Source: Burkholderiaceae bacterium
Lineage (GTDB): Bacteria; Pseudomonadota; Gammaproteobacteria; Burkholderiales; Burkholderiaceae_D
Direction of reading: 5' to 3'
Length of the DNA stretch: 64,000 bases
Assembly (NCBI GenBank): GCA_039936235.1
Contig: JBDTIS010000141.1
Location: 1,395 to 65,394, forward strand
The notes under the pieces are model-generated. The model saw only the letters and a list, made by a program, of their open reading frames with translations, did no database searches and was not told the origin of the DNA. The translations under genes were made by a program, and so were the position numbers. Of this stretch, positions 38,023 through 47,334 are shown one piece after another (positions within the stretch are counted from its first letter, which is position 1; each line of letters begins with the position of its first letter).

Positions 38023-39141
38023 ATGACCCAGACCCGCAGCGACTTCCTCGTCCGCCGCGACGATCTGCACGCGACCGCCGTTCGCGACACGCCACTGCCC
38101 GGGATGCTCGACGAAGGCGACGTGCTGATGACGGTCGACCGCTTCGCGTTGACGGCCAACAACGTGACCTACGCCGCGTTCGGCGACGCCATGTCGTACT
38201 GGGACTTCTTCCCGGTGACGGAGGACGGATGGGGCCGGGTGCCGGTGTGGGGCTTCGGCACGGTGGTGGACTCGCGCTGTGACGGGATCGTGCGGGGCGA
38301 ACGCTTCTACGGCTACTTTCCGATGTCTTCGGACCTGCTGGTGCGACCCGTGCGCGTCAGGGAAAGCGGCTTCGTCGACGGCAGCGCGCATCGCCAGAAG
38401 CTGCATCCGCTCTACAACCAGTACACGCGCAACGCCACCGATCCGCTGTACGACGCGGCGCGCGAAGAGTTGCAGATGCTGCTGCGGCCTCTGTTCATCA
38501 CGTCGTTCGTGATCGACGACTTCCTCGCCGACAGCGATTTTTTCGGCGCACATGCGGTGATCCTGTCGAGCGCGTCGAGCAAGACCGCCTACGGACTCGC
38601 CTGGCAGCTGTCGCTGCGCAGGCCCGATGGCCCCGAAGTCATCGCTCTGACGTCGCCGGGCAACGTGGCGTTCGTCGCGGGCCTCGGCTGCTACGACCGC
38701 GTCGTGACCTACGAAGCGATCGCGTCGCTACCCCCGGACCTGCCGGTGATCTACGTGGACTTCGCCGGCGACCGCGTGCTGCGCGCGAACCTGCATCGCC
38801 ATTTCGGCGACGCGATGCGTCACAGCAGCGCGGTGGGGTCTTCGCACTGGGATGCCGAACGGGAGAGCGGCGACGGCGAGGCATTGCCTGGTGCGAAGCC
38901 GACCTTCTTCTTCGCGCCGGCGCAGATCAAGAAGCGCAGCGCGGAGTGGGGCGCCGACGGCTTCGGCCAGCGCTTCGCGGCCGCCTGGCATGCGTTCGTC
39001 GCGCGCGTCGTCGATCCGGCGAGGCCGTGGATGACGATCTTCGACGAGCGCGGTGCGGACGCGGTCGAGCGCGTCTACCGGGAATTGCTCGACGGCCGCG
39101 CGCGGCCGCAGGACGGACGCATCCTGTCGATGCGTGGCTGA
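38023..39141 (+). CDS. DUF2855-family protein (function unknown)
   Basis: The start is ATG 38023. The sequences VDRFALTANNVTYAAFGDAMSYWDFFP and ERFYGYFPMSS match my recollection of DUF2855. Confidence 0.75.
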   Translation: MTQTRSDFLVRRDDLHATAVRDTPLPGMLDEGDVLMTVDRFALTANNVTYAAFGDAMSYWDFFPVTEDGWGRVPVWGFGTVVDSRCDGIVRGERFYGYFPMSSDLLVRPVRVRESGFVDGSAHRQKLHPLYNQYTRNATDPLYDAAREELQMLLRPLFITSFVIDDFLADSDFFGAHAVILSSASSKTAYGLAWQLSLRRPDGPEVIALTSPGNVAFVAGLGCYDRVVTYEAIASLPPDLPVIYVDFAGDRVLRANLHRHFGDAMRHSSAVGSSHWDAERESGDGEALPGAKPTFFFAPAQIKKRSAEWGADGFGQRFAAAWHAFVARVVDPARPWMTIFDERGADAVERVYRELLDGRARPQDGRILSMRG

Positions 39142-39145
39142 GCGG

Positions 39146-40324
39146 TCACGGCGAGCGCCACAGCAGCAGTACCGACGCACTGGTCACGAGCGCGATCGTC
39201 GCGACGATCGCCGGCAGCTGCATCGCGCTGACCGCCGATGCGCCCCCGTGCGCGAGCAGCGGGCCGACCAGCTGACCCAAGGCGAACGACGCGGTCAGGC
39301 CGGCCACCGCACGCGCCGGCGATGCGTGCGCGATGCGGCGCGCCTCCTGCAGTCCCGCCAGCGTGACGACGATGAACGTGCCGCCGACGCAGATCGCCGA
39401 GACGACCAGCGCCGCGATGCTCATCTGCAGCACCGGCACGACGGTGCCGACGGCCATCACGATCATGCCGAGCGCGCAGACGGTGCGCGGTGCGATGTGC
39501 GACAGGAAGGTCGACACGCCGATCGTGCTGATCGCGGCCGCGATGCCGAAGGCGGGCCAGATCCATCCGAACACCGCGGGGTCGTTGACGAGCGCGCGCG
39601 CGACCGCGGGCAGGAAGGTCGCCGGCACGATGTAGCCGAAGCCCGCGACACCGTAGCAGACGATCAGCAGCCAGCCATCGCGGTCCAGAGGCGGCGCGTT
39701 CGCGAGCGACGCGGCATGCGTCGCCGGTTCGCGCGACAGGCGTCGCCAGGTGAACGCCGAGATCGCCGCACTGGTCAGCCCGAGCGCGGCCCATGCGGCA
39801 CGCGGATCGCCGACGGTCGTGGCGACCACGAAGACGACGCCGCCGACGGCTGCGATGCTGGTCCCGACGCATCCGAAGATCCAGCCGCCGAGCTTGCCGC
39901 GCCCCGCGGTCGCGAGCTGCGTGAGGGCCCAGCCCGCGACGCCCACCATCACCAGCGCGCTCGCGATGCCGGCGACGAAGCGCAGCGCGAGCCACGCGGC
40001 CATGCCCGCACTGACCGCCATGCCCAGCGTCGACACCGCTACCAGCGCGACGCCACAGCGCGTCGACAGCCCTGGACGGATCGGCCGGAGGAAGCCGAAG
40101 AGGGCGCCGACCAGGTAGCCGAGGTAGTTCGCCAGCGCCAGCCACGTCCCGTTCGCGAGGCTGAGGCCCTGCGTCTGCTGCATCAGCGGCAGCAACGGCG
40201 TGAACGCGAAGCGGCCGATCCCCATCGCGGTCGCCATGCAGAGACCGCCGACCGCGACGATGGCGAATGGCGTCGGCACGCCCGGCGACCGGTCCCTGCT
40301 CGACACGGGCTCCACGACGCTCAT
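39146..40324 (-). CDS. YbfB/YjiJ-type MFS transporter
   Basis: I use ATG 40324, which forms an ATGA overlap with the GST stop. Supporting sequence is MGIGRFAFTPLLPLMQ, and there are about 12 TM segments. Confidence 0.8.
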   Translation of the reverse strand: MSVVEPVSSRDRSPGVPTPFAIVAVGGLCMATAMGIGRFAFTPLLPLMQQTQGLSLANGTWLALANYLGYLVGALFGFLRPIRPGLSTRCGVALVAVSTLGMAVSAGMAAWLALRFVAGIASALVMVGVAGWALTQLATAGRGKLGGWIFGCVGTSIAAVGGVVFVVATTVGDPRAAWAALGLTSAAISAFTWRRLSREPATHAASLANAPPLDRDGWLLIVCYGVAGFGYIVPATFLPAVARALVNDPAVFGWIWPAFGIAAAISTIGVSTFLSHIAPRTVCALGMIVMAVGTVVPVLQMSIAALVVSAICVGGTFIVVTLAGLQEARRIAHASPARAVAGLTASFALGQLVGPLLAHGGASAVSAMQLPAIVATIALVTSASVLLLWRSP

Positions 40325-40938
40325 GGTCGCCCGTTCGCGCCGTGCCGCCGGTACGGTTCGCGCTGTTCGAGCCGCGTCATCCACGCGTCGACCGCGGCCA
40401 GCGCCGGTCGCTCGATCGGCGTCATCGTCCATCGATAGCTCGCGAGACCGATGACGACGTCGGCCAGCGTGAACGTCGGCCCCGCGATGAAAGCGCCGGT
40501 CTTCGCGAGGCGGTCGTCGACGATCCGCATCTGCCGGTTCCAAGACGCGACGCTCGCGGCGACGGCCGATGCATCCTGACAGGCCGGGTCCTTGCGCACC
40601 AGCGACAGGAACGCGTAGCGCCAAGCGTTGTCGAGCTCGGTGATCTGCCAGTCCATCCACTGCTCGACGACCGCCCGTGCGACCGGCTGCGTCGGCAGCA
40701 GGTCGTCGCGGCGTTCACGGGCGGCGAGGTAGCGGCAGATCGCGTTGGACTCCCACAGGACGAATTCGCCGTCCTCGATCACCGGCACCCTGCCGTTCGG
40801 GTTGAGCGCGAGGAACGCCGCCGTCTTCAGGTCTGCGCCGCCGCTCTCCGTGTGATCGAACGCGACGCCGAGCTCGTCCAGCGTCCACAGGACCTTGCGG
40901 ACGTTGATGGAAGTCGATCGTCCCAGCAGTTTCAGCAT
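40321..40938 (-). CDS. Glutathione S-transferase
   Basis: The start is ATG 40938. Supporting sequence includes MLKLLGRSTSINVRKVLW, NPNGRVPVIEDG and WESNAICRYL. Confidence 0.85.
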   Translation of the reverse strand: MLKLLGRSTSINVRKVLWTLDELGVAFDHTESGGADLKTAAFLALNPNGRVPVIEDGEFVLWESNAICRYLAARERRDDLLPTQPVARAVVEQWMDWQITELDNAWRYAFLSLVRKDPACQDASAVAASVASWNRQMRIVDDRLAKTGAFIAGPTFTLADVVIGLASYRWTMTPIERPALAAVDAWMTRLEQREPYRRHGANGRP

Positions 40939-40951
40939 CGTTTCGCTCCGC

Positions 40952-41773
40952 TCACACGTCGATCGTTCGTACCGAGCCGGATACGCGGATCGCACTGCCG
41001 GGTCGCGACGGGATGTCGGCACGGATCCGCGACGGTACGCCCATGTCGTCTCCCTGGCTGACGACGACCGATCCGTCGTGCGGCCACGCGAGGTCACGCA
41101 GGTAGCCGGCGAGGGCCGCGGTCGATGCACCGGTCGCCGGGTCTTCGTAGACGCCGCCGTACGCGAATGCGTTGCGGGTCACGAAGCGCTGCGGTGCTTC
41201 CGACCAGCCGAGCAACACGGTGATCCATCCTTCGGCGCGCATCAACCGGCGCCCACGCTCGAAGTCGTAGGCCATCGCCGCGAGCGTGGCGCGATCCTTC
41301 AGCATCAGCACGAGATGATCGGCGCCAGCGTGGATGGTCGCAGGCGGGATCCGCAGGTCGAGGTCGCCGTGCGCAAGCCCGAAGAGGCCGAGTGCCGCTT
41401 CGATCCGGGCGCCCCCGCACGGTGCGCTGTGCGTCGGCGGCGACTGCAGCGCGGCAGACTCGCTCGTGCCTTCGACGCTGATCCGGATGTCGTTCAGCGC
41501 CAGCGCGAACGCGCCGTCACCCTGTCGCATCGCTAGCGCCGCGCCGAGCGCGATGGTCGCGTGGCCGCAGAACGGCACTTCGGCCTCCGGCGAGAAGTAG
41601 CGCACGCGCCAGCCGTCGCCTTGCGGCATCGCGAACGCGGTCTCCGAATAGCCGACCTCGGCCGCGATCCGCTGCATCGCATCGGGCGTCGGCAGCGTGT
41701 CGACGAGCACGACGCCGGCCGGGTTGCCGCCGCTGACGCCGTGCGAGAAGGCGGCCAGTCTCAGTACATGCAT
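40952..41773 (-). CDS. PhzF-family isomerase
   Basis: The start is ATG 41773. Supporting sequence includes FSHGVSGGNPAGVV, SETAF, FSPEAEVPFCGHATI and EDPATGAS. Confidence 0.85.
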   Translation of the reverse strand: MHVLRLAAFSHGVSGGNPAGVVLVDTLPTPDAMQRIAAEVGYSETAFAMPQGDGWRVRYFSPEAEVPFCGHATIALGAALAMRQGDGAFALALNDIRISVEGTSESAALQSPPTHSAPCGGARIEAALGLFGLAHGDLDLRIPPATIHAGADHLVLMLKDRATLAAMAYDFERGRRLMRAEGWITVLLGWSEAPQRFVTRNAFAYGGVYEDPATGASTAALAGYLRDLAWPHDGSVVVSQGDDMGVPSRIRADIPSRPGSAIRVSGSVRTIDV

Positions 41774-42078
41774 CGCAGCGCGGCTTCGTCTCGTCGTTGG
41801 CCGGATACAGCCCCGGCACGGATCGCCTCGATGCCGGCCCGGGTCGAGATCGGCGCGCCCCACGAGCCCGGCGTCGCGCGGTCTTCGCGGGCCGGCACGA
41901 AGCGCGGCATGAACGTTCGGCCGAAGAGCCGCGACTGGCCGGGTCGCTGCGGCAGCGGTCCGCCGATCCACACGTGGCGCAGTCCCTTCTTCAGAAGGAC
42001 CGTGGTCAGCGTGGCGGTGGGGACGCGGGGCGGACGTTCGACGAGGGCCGCGTCTGGCGGCAGCGGTTCGATGGGCAC
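41761..42078 (-). pseudogene. Truncated RraA / dimethylmenaquinone-methyltransferase-family gene fragment
   Basis: This GTG-started 105-aa ORF contains ATLTTVLLKKGLRHVWIGG and FVPAREDRATP...ISTRAGIEA, resembling the first ~85 aa of RraA-family proteins (full length about 160-230 aa). It then diverges, stops, and overlaps the phzF start. Confidence 0.45.
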
Positions 42079-42179
42079 GCACTTCCTTCGAGATCGGACG
42101 TTCGGAGCCGGATGATGCCCGTTCGCATCCCGCTTTGGCTATCATCGTCGCCCGTACGAATCCGACGAAAACGGCACCC

Positions 42180-42533
42180 ATGGACATCACGCACCTGCAC
42201 CTGCATACCCGCGACCGCGCGAAGTCGGAAGACTTCTATCGACGCTGGTTCGGCCTCGCGACGAAGACGCGCGGTGACGAAATCACGTTCATGCGCGGCG
42301 ACCGCGATTTCCTGCTGGCGCTGATGGACGATGCGGAGCCCGCGCCCTTGCCATCGTGGTTCCATTTCGGGATGCGCATGGCGACACCCGACGCGGTGCG
42401 CGCGAAGCATGTCGAACTGGTCGCGGCCGGGCTGCCGATGAAGCCGCTGCGTGACTTGCCGGCCGTCACGTCGTTCCGTTGCGCAGACCCGGACGGCTAT
42501 TCGATCGAGGTCTACTGCCTGGCCGACGCATGA
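42180..42533 (+). CDS. VOC/glyoxalase-family protein
   Basis: The start is ATG 42180. The sequence runs [10 protein letters not shown]...FYRRWFG...[10 protein letters not shown]. Its stop overlaps the SDR start as ATGA. Confidence 0.8.
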   Translation: MDITHLHLHTRDRAKSEDFYRRWFGLATKTRGDEITFMRGDRDFLLALMDDAEPAPLPSWFHFGMRMATPDAVRAKHVELVAAGLPMKPLRDLPAVTSFRCADPDGYSIEVYCLADA

Positions 42534-43291
42534 GCGGGGGGCGTCATGATCGCGTCGCTGTCGTGACCGGTGCCGGCAGCGGGATCGGTCGCGCGGTCGC
42601 ACTCGCATTGCTCGCTGACGGCTATCGTGTGGCGCTGGCGGGGCGCAGCCTCGACAAGCTCGCGGCGACCGCAGCAAAAGGCGATGACCCATCGTGCCTC
42701 TTCGCCCAGTCGATGGACGTCGGCGATCCGCTATCCGTGCGCGCGTTCTTCGATGCGGTCGTCGGTCGCTTCGGCCGTCTCGATCTGCTGTTCAACAACG
42801 CGGGCGGCGGGGCGCCGTCGGTTCCGTTCGAAGAGTTGCGCTTCGACCAATGGAAGACGGTCGTCGACACGAACTTCACCGGGACCTTCCTGTGCATGCA
42901 GCAGGCGTTCCGGATCATGAAGGCACAAACGCCGCGCGGCGGCCGGATCATCAACAACGGCTCGATCTCGGCCCACACGCCGCGACCGCTGTCGGCGCCG
43001 TACACGTCGACCAAACATGCGGTGACCGGGCTGACGAAGTCCGGAGCGCTCGACGGCCGCGGCTTCGACATCGCGGTGGGCCAGATCGACATCGGCAACG
43101 CGGCGACCGACATGACGACGCCGATGGAAAGCGGCGTCCTGCAGCCGAACGGCCAGCTCGCCGCCGAACCGAGGATGGACGTCGCCGCCGTGGCCGATGC
43201 CGTGCTGTACATGGCCGGCTTGCCGCTGTCGGCCAACGTGCTGTGCATGACGGTGATGGCGACGCGGATGCCGTATGTCGGACGGGGTTGA
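42530..43291 (+). CDS. SDR-family oxidoreductase
   Basis: Motifs are [18 protein letters not shown] and the catalytic Y-x3-K in YTSTKHA. Confidence 0.9.
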   Translation: MSGGRHDRVAVVTGAGSGIGRAVALALLADGYRVALAGRSLDKLAATAAKGDDPSCLFAQSMDVGDPLSVRAFFDAVVGRFGRLDLLFNNAGGGAPSVPFEELRFDQWKTVVDTNFTGTFLCMQQAFRIMKAQTPRGGRIINNGSISAHTPRPLSAPYTSTKHAVTGLTKSGALDGRGFDIAVGQIDIGNAATDMTTPMESGVLQPNGQLAAEPRMDVAAVADAVLYMAGLPLSANVLCMTVMATRMPYVGRG

Positions 43292-43567
43292 GGTCGCGCC
43301 GATCGGCCGCGTGAGGTAGAAGCGCCTCACAGGCGTTGGAACGACATCCGGGCTACCGTCGTCCCGACGAAGGGGGACCTTGCCTTCCAGGCATGCGCTG
43401 CGAGCCCATGCATCGCGGCAGAGGTTGCCGATATGCGTTCGGAAGACAGAGCAGGCCGGTCCGCAGCCTGTCCGGACAGTCCTTTCCGCGAACGAGGGCA
43501 ACCCAGGTCGCCGGGTCTGCCGCCCTGCAACGCGGCATCATGGCGACCCGTCGCCCCAGCTCAACGC

Positions 43568-44521
43568 ATGCAACCCACTACTAAATCGACGATCGCGATG
43601 CCGATCACCGTGGACGCCGCACCGTCCGACCAGCCCGTCTTCCTCGGCCTGAGCACCGCGGTCCTGGTCGCGCTGCTTACGGTCTACGTCGTCTGGGGAT
43701 CGACCTACTTCGCGATCCGCCTCACGCTCGAGTCGCTTCCGCCGTTCCTGCAGGGCGGTGCGCGATTTCTCGTGGCAGGCACCCTCCTGTTCGTGTTCCT
43801 CGCAGTGCGCGGCCGGCCGATGCCGACGCTGCGGCAATGGCGCGACGGCGCGATCGTCGGCGTGCTGCTGCTCACCTGCGGCAACGGCGGCGTCGTGTTC
43901 GCAGAGCAGTACGTCTCGTCGAGCGTCGCAGCGATCTTCATCGGCGCCGGTCCGCTGGCGGCGGCCCTGTGGTCGGGGCTGTTCGGTTTCTGGCCGCAGC
44001 GCGCCCAGTGGGTCGGCATCGTGATCGGCTTCGTCGGCGTGCTGATGCTGGCCGGCGGCGCGCAGCTGTCGGCGCATCCGATCGGGCTGATCGGACTGGT
44101 CACTTCGGTCGTCTGCTGGACGCTCGGTTCGGTGCTGGCCCAGCGCAAGCTGTCGCTCGCGCCAGGCGCGATGGGCTTCGCGACCGAGATGCTGGCCGGC
44201 GGCGCCGTGATGCTGATCGTCGGCCTCCTGCATGGCGAAGCGCCGCGACTGGGCGCCGCATGGCCGCCGACGCCGGTCGCGATCGGCGCGTTCGTCTATC
44301 TGGTGTTCGCCGGTTCGCTGGCTGCTTTCTCGGCGTACATGTACCTGCTGTCGAAGGTCTCGTCGACCATCGCGATCAGCTATGCCTACGTCAATCCGAT
44401 GATCGCCGTCCTGCTCGGCGTCGTGTTCGGCGGCGAAGTACTGACCACGAAGGAGGGCATCGCGACGGCGGTGATCGTCGGCAGCGTGATCCTGCTGACG
44501 CTCGAAAGACGCACCACCTGA
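43568..44521 (+). CDS. EamA/DMT-family transporter (YedA-like)
   Basis: The protein has about 10 TM segments and two EamA-like halves. It contains VVWGSTYFAIR. An alternative ATG lies at 43598. Confidence 0.85.
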   Translation: MQPTTKSTIAMPITVDAAPSDQPVFLGLSTAVLVALLTVYVVWGSTYFAIRLTLESLPPFLQGGARFLVAGTLLFVFLAVRGRPMPTLRQWRDGAIVGVLLLTCGNGGVVFAEQYVSSSVAAIFIGAGPLAAALWSGLFGFWPQRAQWVGIVIGFVGVLMLAGGAQLSAHPIGLIGLVTSVVCWTLGSVLAQRKLSLAPGAMGFATEMLAGGAVMLIVGLLHGEAPRLGAAWPPTPVAIGAFVYLVFAGSLAAFSAYMYLLSKVSSTIAISYAYVNPMIAVLLGVVFGGEVLTTKEGIATAVIVGSVILLTLERRTT

Positions 44522-44578
44522 CTCCGCACGCCAGCGAGCACGTGCACGGGACCGGCCTGACGAATCGGCCGATCATCG

Positions 44579-45757
44579 TCAGATCATCCGCTTCGCGACC
44601 TCCTCGAGCATCACTTCGGTGGCGCCGCCACCGATCGCCTGCACGCGTGCGTCGCGCGCCATCCGCTCGATCGCCGTTTCGCGGATGAAGCCCATGCCAC
44701 CGTGGAACTGCAGGCAGTCGTACATCACCTCGTTGACGAGCGTGCCGCACAGCGCCTTGATCATCGACACTTCCTTCGTCACGCTCTGGCCCTGCGCGTC
44801 GCGCCACGCGGTGTTGTAGACCAGCGCCTTCGCGGCCTCGACCTGAGACGCGCGCATCGCGAGCCGCTGGCGCACCGTCTGCTTGTCCCACAGCGCGGTC
44901 CCGAACACGTTGCGCTGCGTGGTCCATTCGACCGCAAGCTCGATCGCGCGCGACGCTTCGCCCATCGATTGCGCGCCCAGCACGATCCGTTCGTTCTGGA
45001 GGTTCTTCATCAGTGCGTAGAAGCCCTTGTTCTCCTCGCCGAGCAGGTTGGCGGACGGGATGCGGCAGTCGTCGAACACCAGTTCGGCCGTGTCGCTCGA
45101 CAACCAGCCGGTCTTTTTGAGCGGTCGCGCGACGGTGAAACCCGGCGTGCCCTTCTCGACGATGAACATCGAGACCATGCGGTTACGACCCGGCTGGCCA
45201 CCGGTCTTCGCGGCGACGAAGTACACGTCGCCGTGGACGCCGTTCGTGATGAACATCTTCGCGCCGTTCAGGACCCATTCGTCACCGTCGCGCACGGCAG
45301 TCGTGCGCATGCCTGCGAGGTCCGAGCCGGCATCGGCCTCGGTCATCGCGACCGCCGCGATGCACTTGCCCGCGACGATGTCCGGCATGTAGCGGTCCAG
45401 CTGCTCGGGCGTTCCGCCATGGAACAGGTGCGGGCTGGCCATGTCGGTGTGGACCAGCACCGTGATCGCGAAGCCGCCGTAGCCGGAACGGCCGAGCTCT
45501 TCGGCAAGCACGACGGTCGCCAGCGTGTCGAGCTCGCTGCCGCCGTGGCGATCGTCGTAGCGAATGCCCAGCAAGCCGAGCGCGCCCATCTCCTGCAGCA
45601 CGGCGCGCGGTGTGTATCCGTCTTCTTCCCACTGGTCTGCGTACGGCAGCACGCGGTCGGCGATGAAGCGCCGGATCGTCGTGCGCAGCATCTCGTGTTC
45701 CGCAGTGAAGTAAGGCGACGGACTCGTGTTGCCGGGCATGTGGAGGGGAGCGTGCAT
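44579..45757 (-). CDS. Acyl-CoA dehydrogenase
   Basis: Supporting sequence includes AMTEADAGSDL, GAKMFITNG, QFHGGMGF and IGGGATEVM. Confidence 0.92.
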   Translation of the reverse strand: MHAPLHMPGNTSPSPYFTAEHEMLRTTIRRFIADRVLPYADQWEEDGYTPRAVLQEMGALGLLGIRYDDRHGGSELDTLATVVLAEELGRSGYGGFAITVLVHTDMASPHLFHGGTPEQLDRYMPDIVAGKCIAAVAMTEADAGSDLAGMRTTAVRDGDEWVLNGAKMFITNGVHGDVYFVAAKTGGQPGRNRMVSMFIVEKGTPGFTVARPLKKTGWLSSDTAELVFDDCRIPSANLLGEENKGFYALMKNLQNERIVLGAQSMGEASRAIELAVEWTTQRNVFGTALWDKQTVRQRLAMRASQVEAAKALVYNTAWRDAQGQSVTKEVSMIKALCGTLVNEVMYDCLQFHGGMGFIRETAIERMARDARVQAIGGGATEVMLEEVAKRMI

Positions 45758-45787
45758 GGTGCCTTTCAGGGAGCGGGTCGGCGCGTA

Positions 45788-46603
45788 TCAGCCGCGTCGC
45801 GAGCGAAGGTTGCGGGAGATCTTGCCGATGTAGAAGTCGATTCCACCCGCCAGTAGCGGCGCGCCGGGAACACGAAACGGCCCGACGATGTCGCCCGGGT
45901 TCACGGCCTTGAACGCGCCGTGCGACAGCCGCTTGACGAAGCGGCCCAGATCGATCGCGTTCAGCAGCAGCTTCTTGTCGACGGTGCGATCGGTGACGAA
46001 CTCCTGGATCAGCAGCAGCGCCCGGGTATGGCCGCGACGCTCGGCCTCGGCGAGGCAGCCGGCGGATGCCGTCAGCAGCTGGTAACGAAGATCCTTCAGT
46101 GGCGGGTCGTCGCCCACGCGCGGTCCGAGCAGCGCGGCGGCGAGCTGCGTGATGCGCGCAATACCGTGCGAACGCTCGTTCTCGAGCAGGCGATCGACGG
46201 CCTCTCCAAGCGTGTCGCCGACGGTGTTGCTGAACGGCTCGTCGGACTTCGCCTCGACAGTGATCAGGTAGGTGCCGTGGGCATCCTCGGCATGCACCAC
46301 GAGATCGGCGTTGCACGGCTCGCCGCCGAACCCATCGAACGGCAGCCTCGCATCCGGTTCGGCCCACCACGTCGTCAGCCTACCGAACGCCTCGTGGCGT
46401 TTCAGCGCGGCCATCAGCTCCTTCGGCGGATCGACGGCATCGCCTTCGAGCCATGCACGCGCGGCTTCCTTCGCACTGCGCCCGTCGGTCCAGTGGTCGG
46501 GGCTCCTGGGGCCGGCGCTGGTCTCCCAGTCTTCCAGCGTCAAAATGGCAACGTCGTTTTTCGAGATCGGCAAACTGTGCTCCGTGTTCGGCAGGGATCT
46601 CAT
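45788..46603 (-). CDS. Hypothetical protein with PD-(D/E)XK-like motif (resembles the family I recall as DUF6946)
   Basis: The 271-aa ORF starts at ATG 46603. It contains EDW...DHWTDGRSAKEAARAW, then NADLVV...LITVEAKSDEPF (a D...E-x-K arrangement), and LRYQLLTASAG. It lies 30 nt upstream of the acyl-CoA dehydrogenase on the same strand. Confidence 0.7.
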   Translation of the reverse strand: MRSLPNTEHSLPISKNDVAILTLEDWETSAGPRSPDHWTDGRSAKEAARAWLEGDAVDPPKELMAALKRHEAFGRLTTWWAEPDARLPFDGFGGEPCNADLVVHAEDAHGTYLITVEAKSDEPFSNTVGDTLGEAVDRLLENERSHGIARITQLAAALLGPRVGDDPPLKDLRYQLLTASAGCLAEAERRGHTRALLLIQEFVTDRTVDKKLLLNAIDLGRFVKRLSHGAFKAVNPGDIVGPFRVPGAPLLAGGIDFYIGKISRNLRSRRG

Positions 46604-46623
46604 TCGAGCCGAAGTATACTAGT

Positions 46624-46643
46624 TACCTAACAAACGTTAGGTA
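46624..46643. promoter_or_regulatory. 8+8 perfect inverted repeat, candidate TetR operator
   Basis: The sequence is TACCTAAC-aaac-GTTAGGTA. It sits in the middle of the 56-bp divergent region between 46603 and 46660. Confidence 0.5.
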
Positions 46644-46659
46644 GACTGCTGGCTCACCT

Positions 46660-47334
46660 ATGACTCAATCCATCATGCTGACCAGACAGCGACCATCCTC
46701 CACCGTCGAACCGGCCGCGACCGGTGCCGAACCCGGCGACGGTCGCGGGCTGATCCTCGACACCGCGGCGCGTCTGTTTCGCGAGGAAGGCTACGCCGCG
46801 ACGTCGCTACGCGACATCGCCGCCGAATGCGGGATGAAGGCCGGGAGCCTCTACTACCACTTCGCATCGAAGGACGCGATCATCGCCGAGGTACTGCGGA
46901 TCGGTGTCGAGCGCGTAGCGGACCACGTGCGGCAGTCGGTGCTCGCGCTGCCGCCCGACGCCGACGCGCGGACGCTGCTGCATACCGCCGTCCGTGCCCA
47001 CCTGTCGGCGCTGCTCGAGCTGCACGACTACACATCGGCCAACGTACGGATCTTCGGCCAGGTGCCGACGGCGGTCCGCGACGCGCACATCGCGACGCGC
47101 GACGCCTACGAGCGCTTCTGGACCAAGTTGTTGCGGCGCTGTGCGCGGAGCGGCGGCTGGGATAAGCGTCGCAAGATCGGCCTGACACGCCTGTTCCTGA
47201 TCAATGCGCTGAACGGGTCGCTCGAATGGTTCACCGACGGCCGCTCGACTGTCGAGCAGCTTGCGCACGAACTGACCGAACTGTTCCTCGACGGGCTGAA
47301 CACGCGTTTTCCGGTCGTGGGGCGAAAGCCATGA
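46660..47334 (+). CDS. TetR/AcrR-family transcriptional regulator
   Basis: The HTH region is LILDTAARLFREEGYAATSLRDIAAECGMKAGSLYYHF. Its stop overlaps the next ATG as ATGA. Confidence 0.9.
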   Translation: MTQSIMLTRQRPSSTVEPAATGAEPGDGRGLILDTAARLFREEGYAATSLRDIAAECGMKAGSLYYHFASKDAIIAEVLRIGVERVADHVRQSVLALPPDADARTLLHTAVRAHLSALLELHDYTSANVRIFGQVPTAVRDAHIATRDAYERFWTKLLRRCARSGGWDKRRKIGLTRLFLINALNGSLEWFTDGRSTVEQLAHELTELFLDGLNTRFPVVGRKP

